Of a DNA stretch of 64,000 nucleotides, positions 63,620 through 64,000 are shown in pieces; position 1 is the stretch's first letter, and every line of letters starts with the position of its first letter. A program made the position numbers and the translations under genes. The stretch is from the NCBI RefSeq assembly GCF_963921235.1, contig NC_086097.1, forward strand, positions 79,920,001 to 79,984,000. The letters are read 5' to 3'. Below the pieces are notes generated by a model. That model was not told where the DNA came from. It worked only from the letters and a program-made list of their open reading frames with translations, and did no database searches. The DNA is from Mobula hypostoma (lineage: Eukaryota).

Positions 63620-64000
63620 GTATAATACATGGTTAGTCAGTTTGTACATGACACTAAAATAGATGGTACCGTAGGGTATGAAAAATGTTATCAAAAAGAT
63701 GCAGGACTTTATTAAAAGCCTAGTTAAAGTCCATGTCTACTGCCTTGCCCTTACCAATTTTCTTGGCCACCTCTTCAAAAATCTCAATAAAATTCATGAT
63801 ACATGATTTCCTATGTATAAAACCAGGCTGACTATCCCTAATTAGTTCCTGCTTTTCCAAATGTACATAAATCACAGAAACACCTGTAGTAAATTTTCCA
63901 CCACAAATGTTAGGCTCACCAGCCTGCAGTTCCCCAACTTGTCCCTGTAGTCCCTCTTAAATAAAGACACATCATCAGACACTCTTCAGTCTTCAGGTAC
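63620..64000. mobile_element. CR1 RT fragments in opposite orientations
   Basis: FVHDTKIDG (FADDTK-like) on the plus strand; QPGFI...SCIMNFIE on the minus strand. Confidence 0.6.

Overview
Eukaryotic, repeat-saturated vertebrate DNA. The CR1, Rex1/Babar, V-SINE and Penelope repertoire suggests a cartilaginous fish, probably a ray (inference). The only host coding sequence I can support is one 79-nt minus-strand exon (9160-9238) that encodes [25 protein letters not shown], i.e. gephyrin (GPHN) coding exon 2. The window is therefore probably GPHN intron 2 (1-9159) and part of intron 1 (9239-64000). The rest is nested mobile DNA: L1, several CR1 families, Rex1/Babar-like and RTE LINEs, V-SINEs, a near-full-length decayed sushi-type chromovirus, solo LTRs, and Tc1, Tigger and mariner derivatives that fold into long hairpins. 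Two things stand out. First, a very old endogenous retrovirus (54047-63274) with diverged paired LTRs, an intact 4-bp TSD, RT and RNase H remnants, and a gamma-type env TM. Second, several Penelope-like termini carrying minimal type I hammerhead ribozyme motifs, often as inverted pairs with 13-16-bp TSDs; two ribozyme copies with an intact core lie in the GPHN sense orientation. Family assignments come from motif recognition only; no database searches were run.
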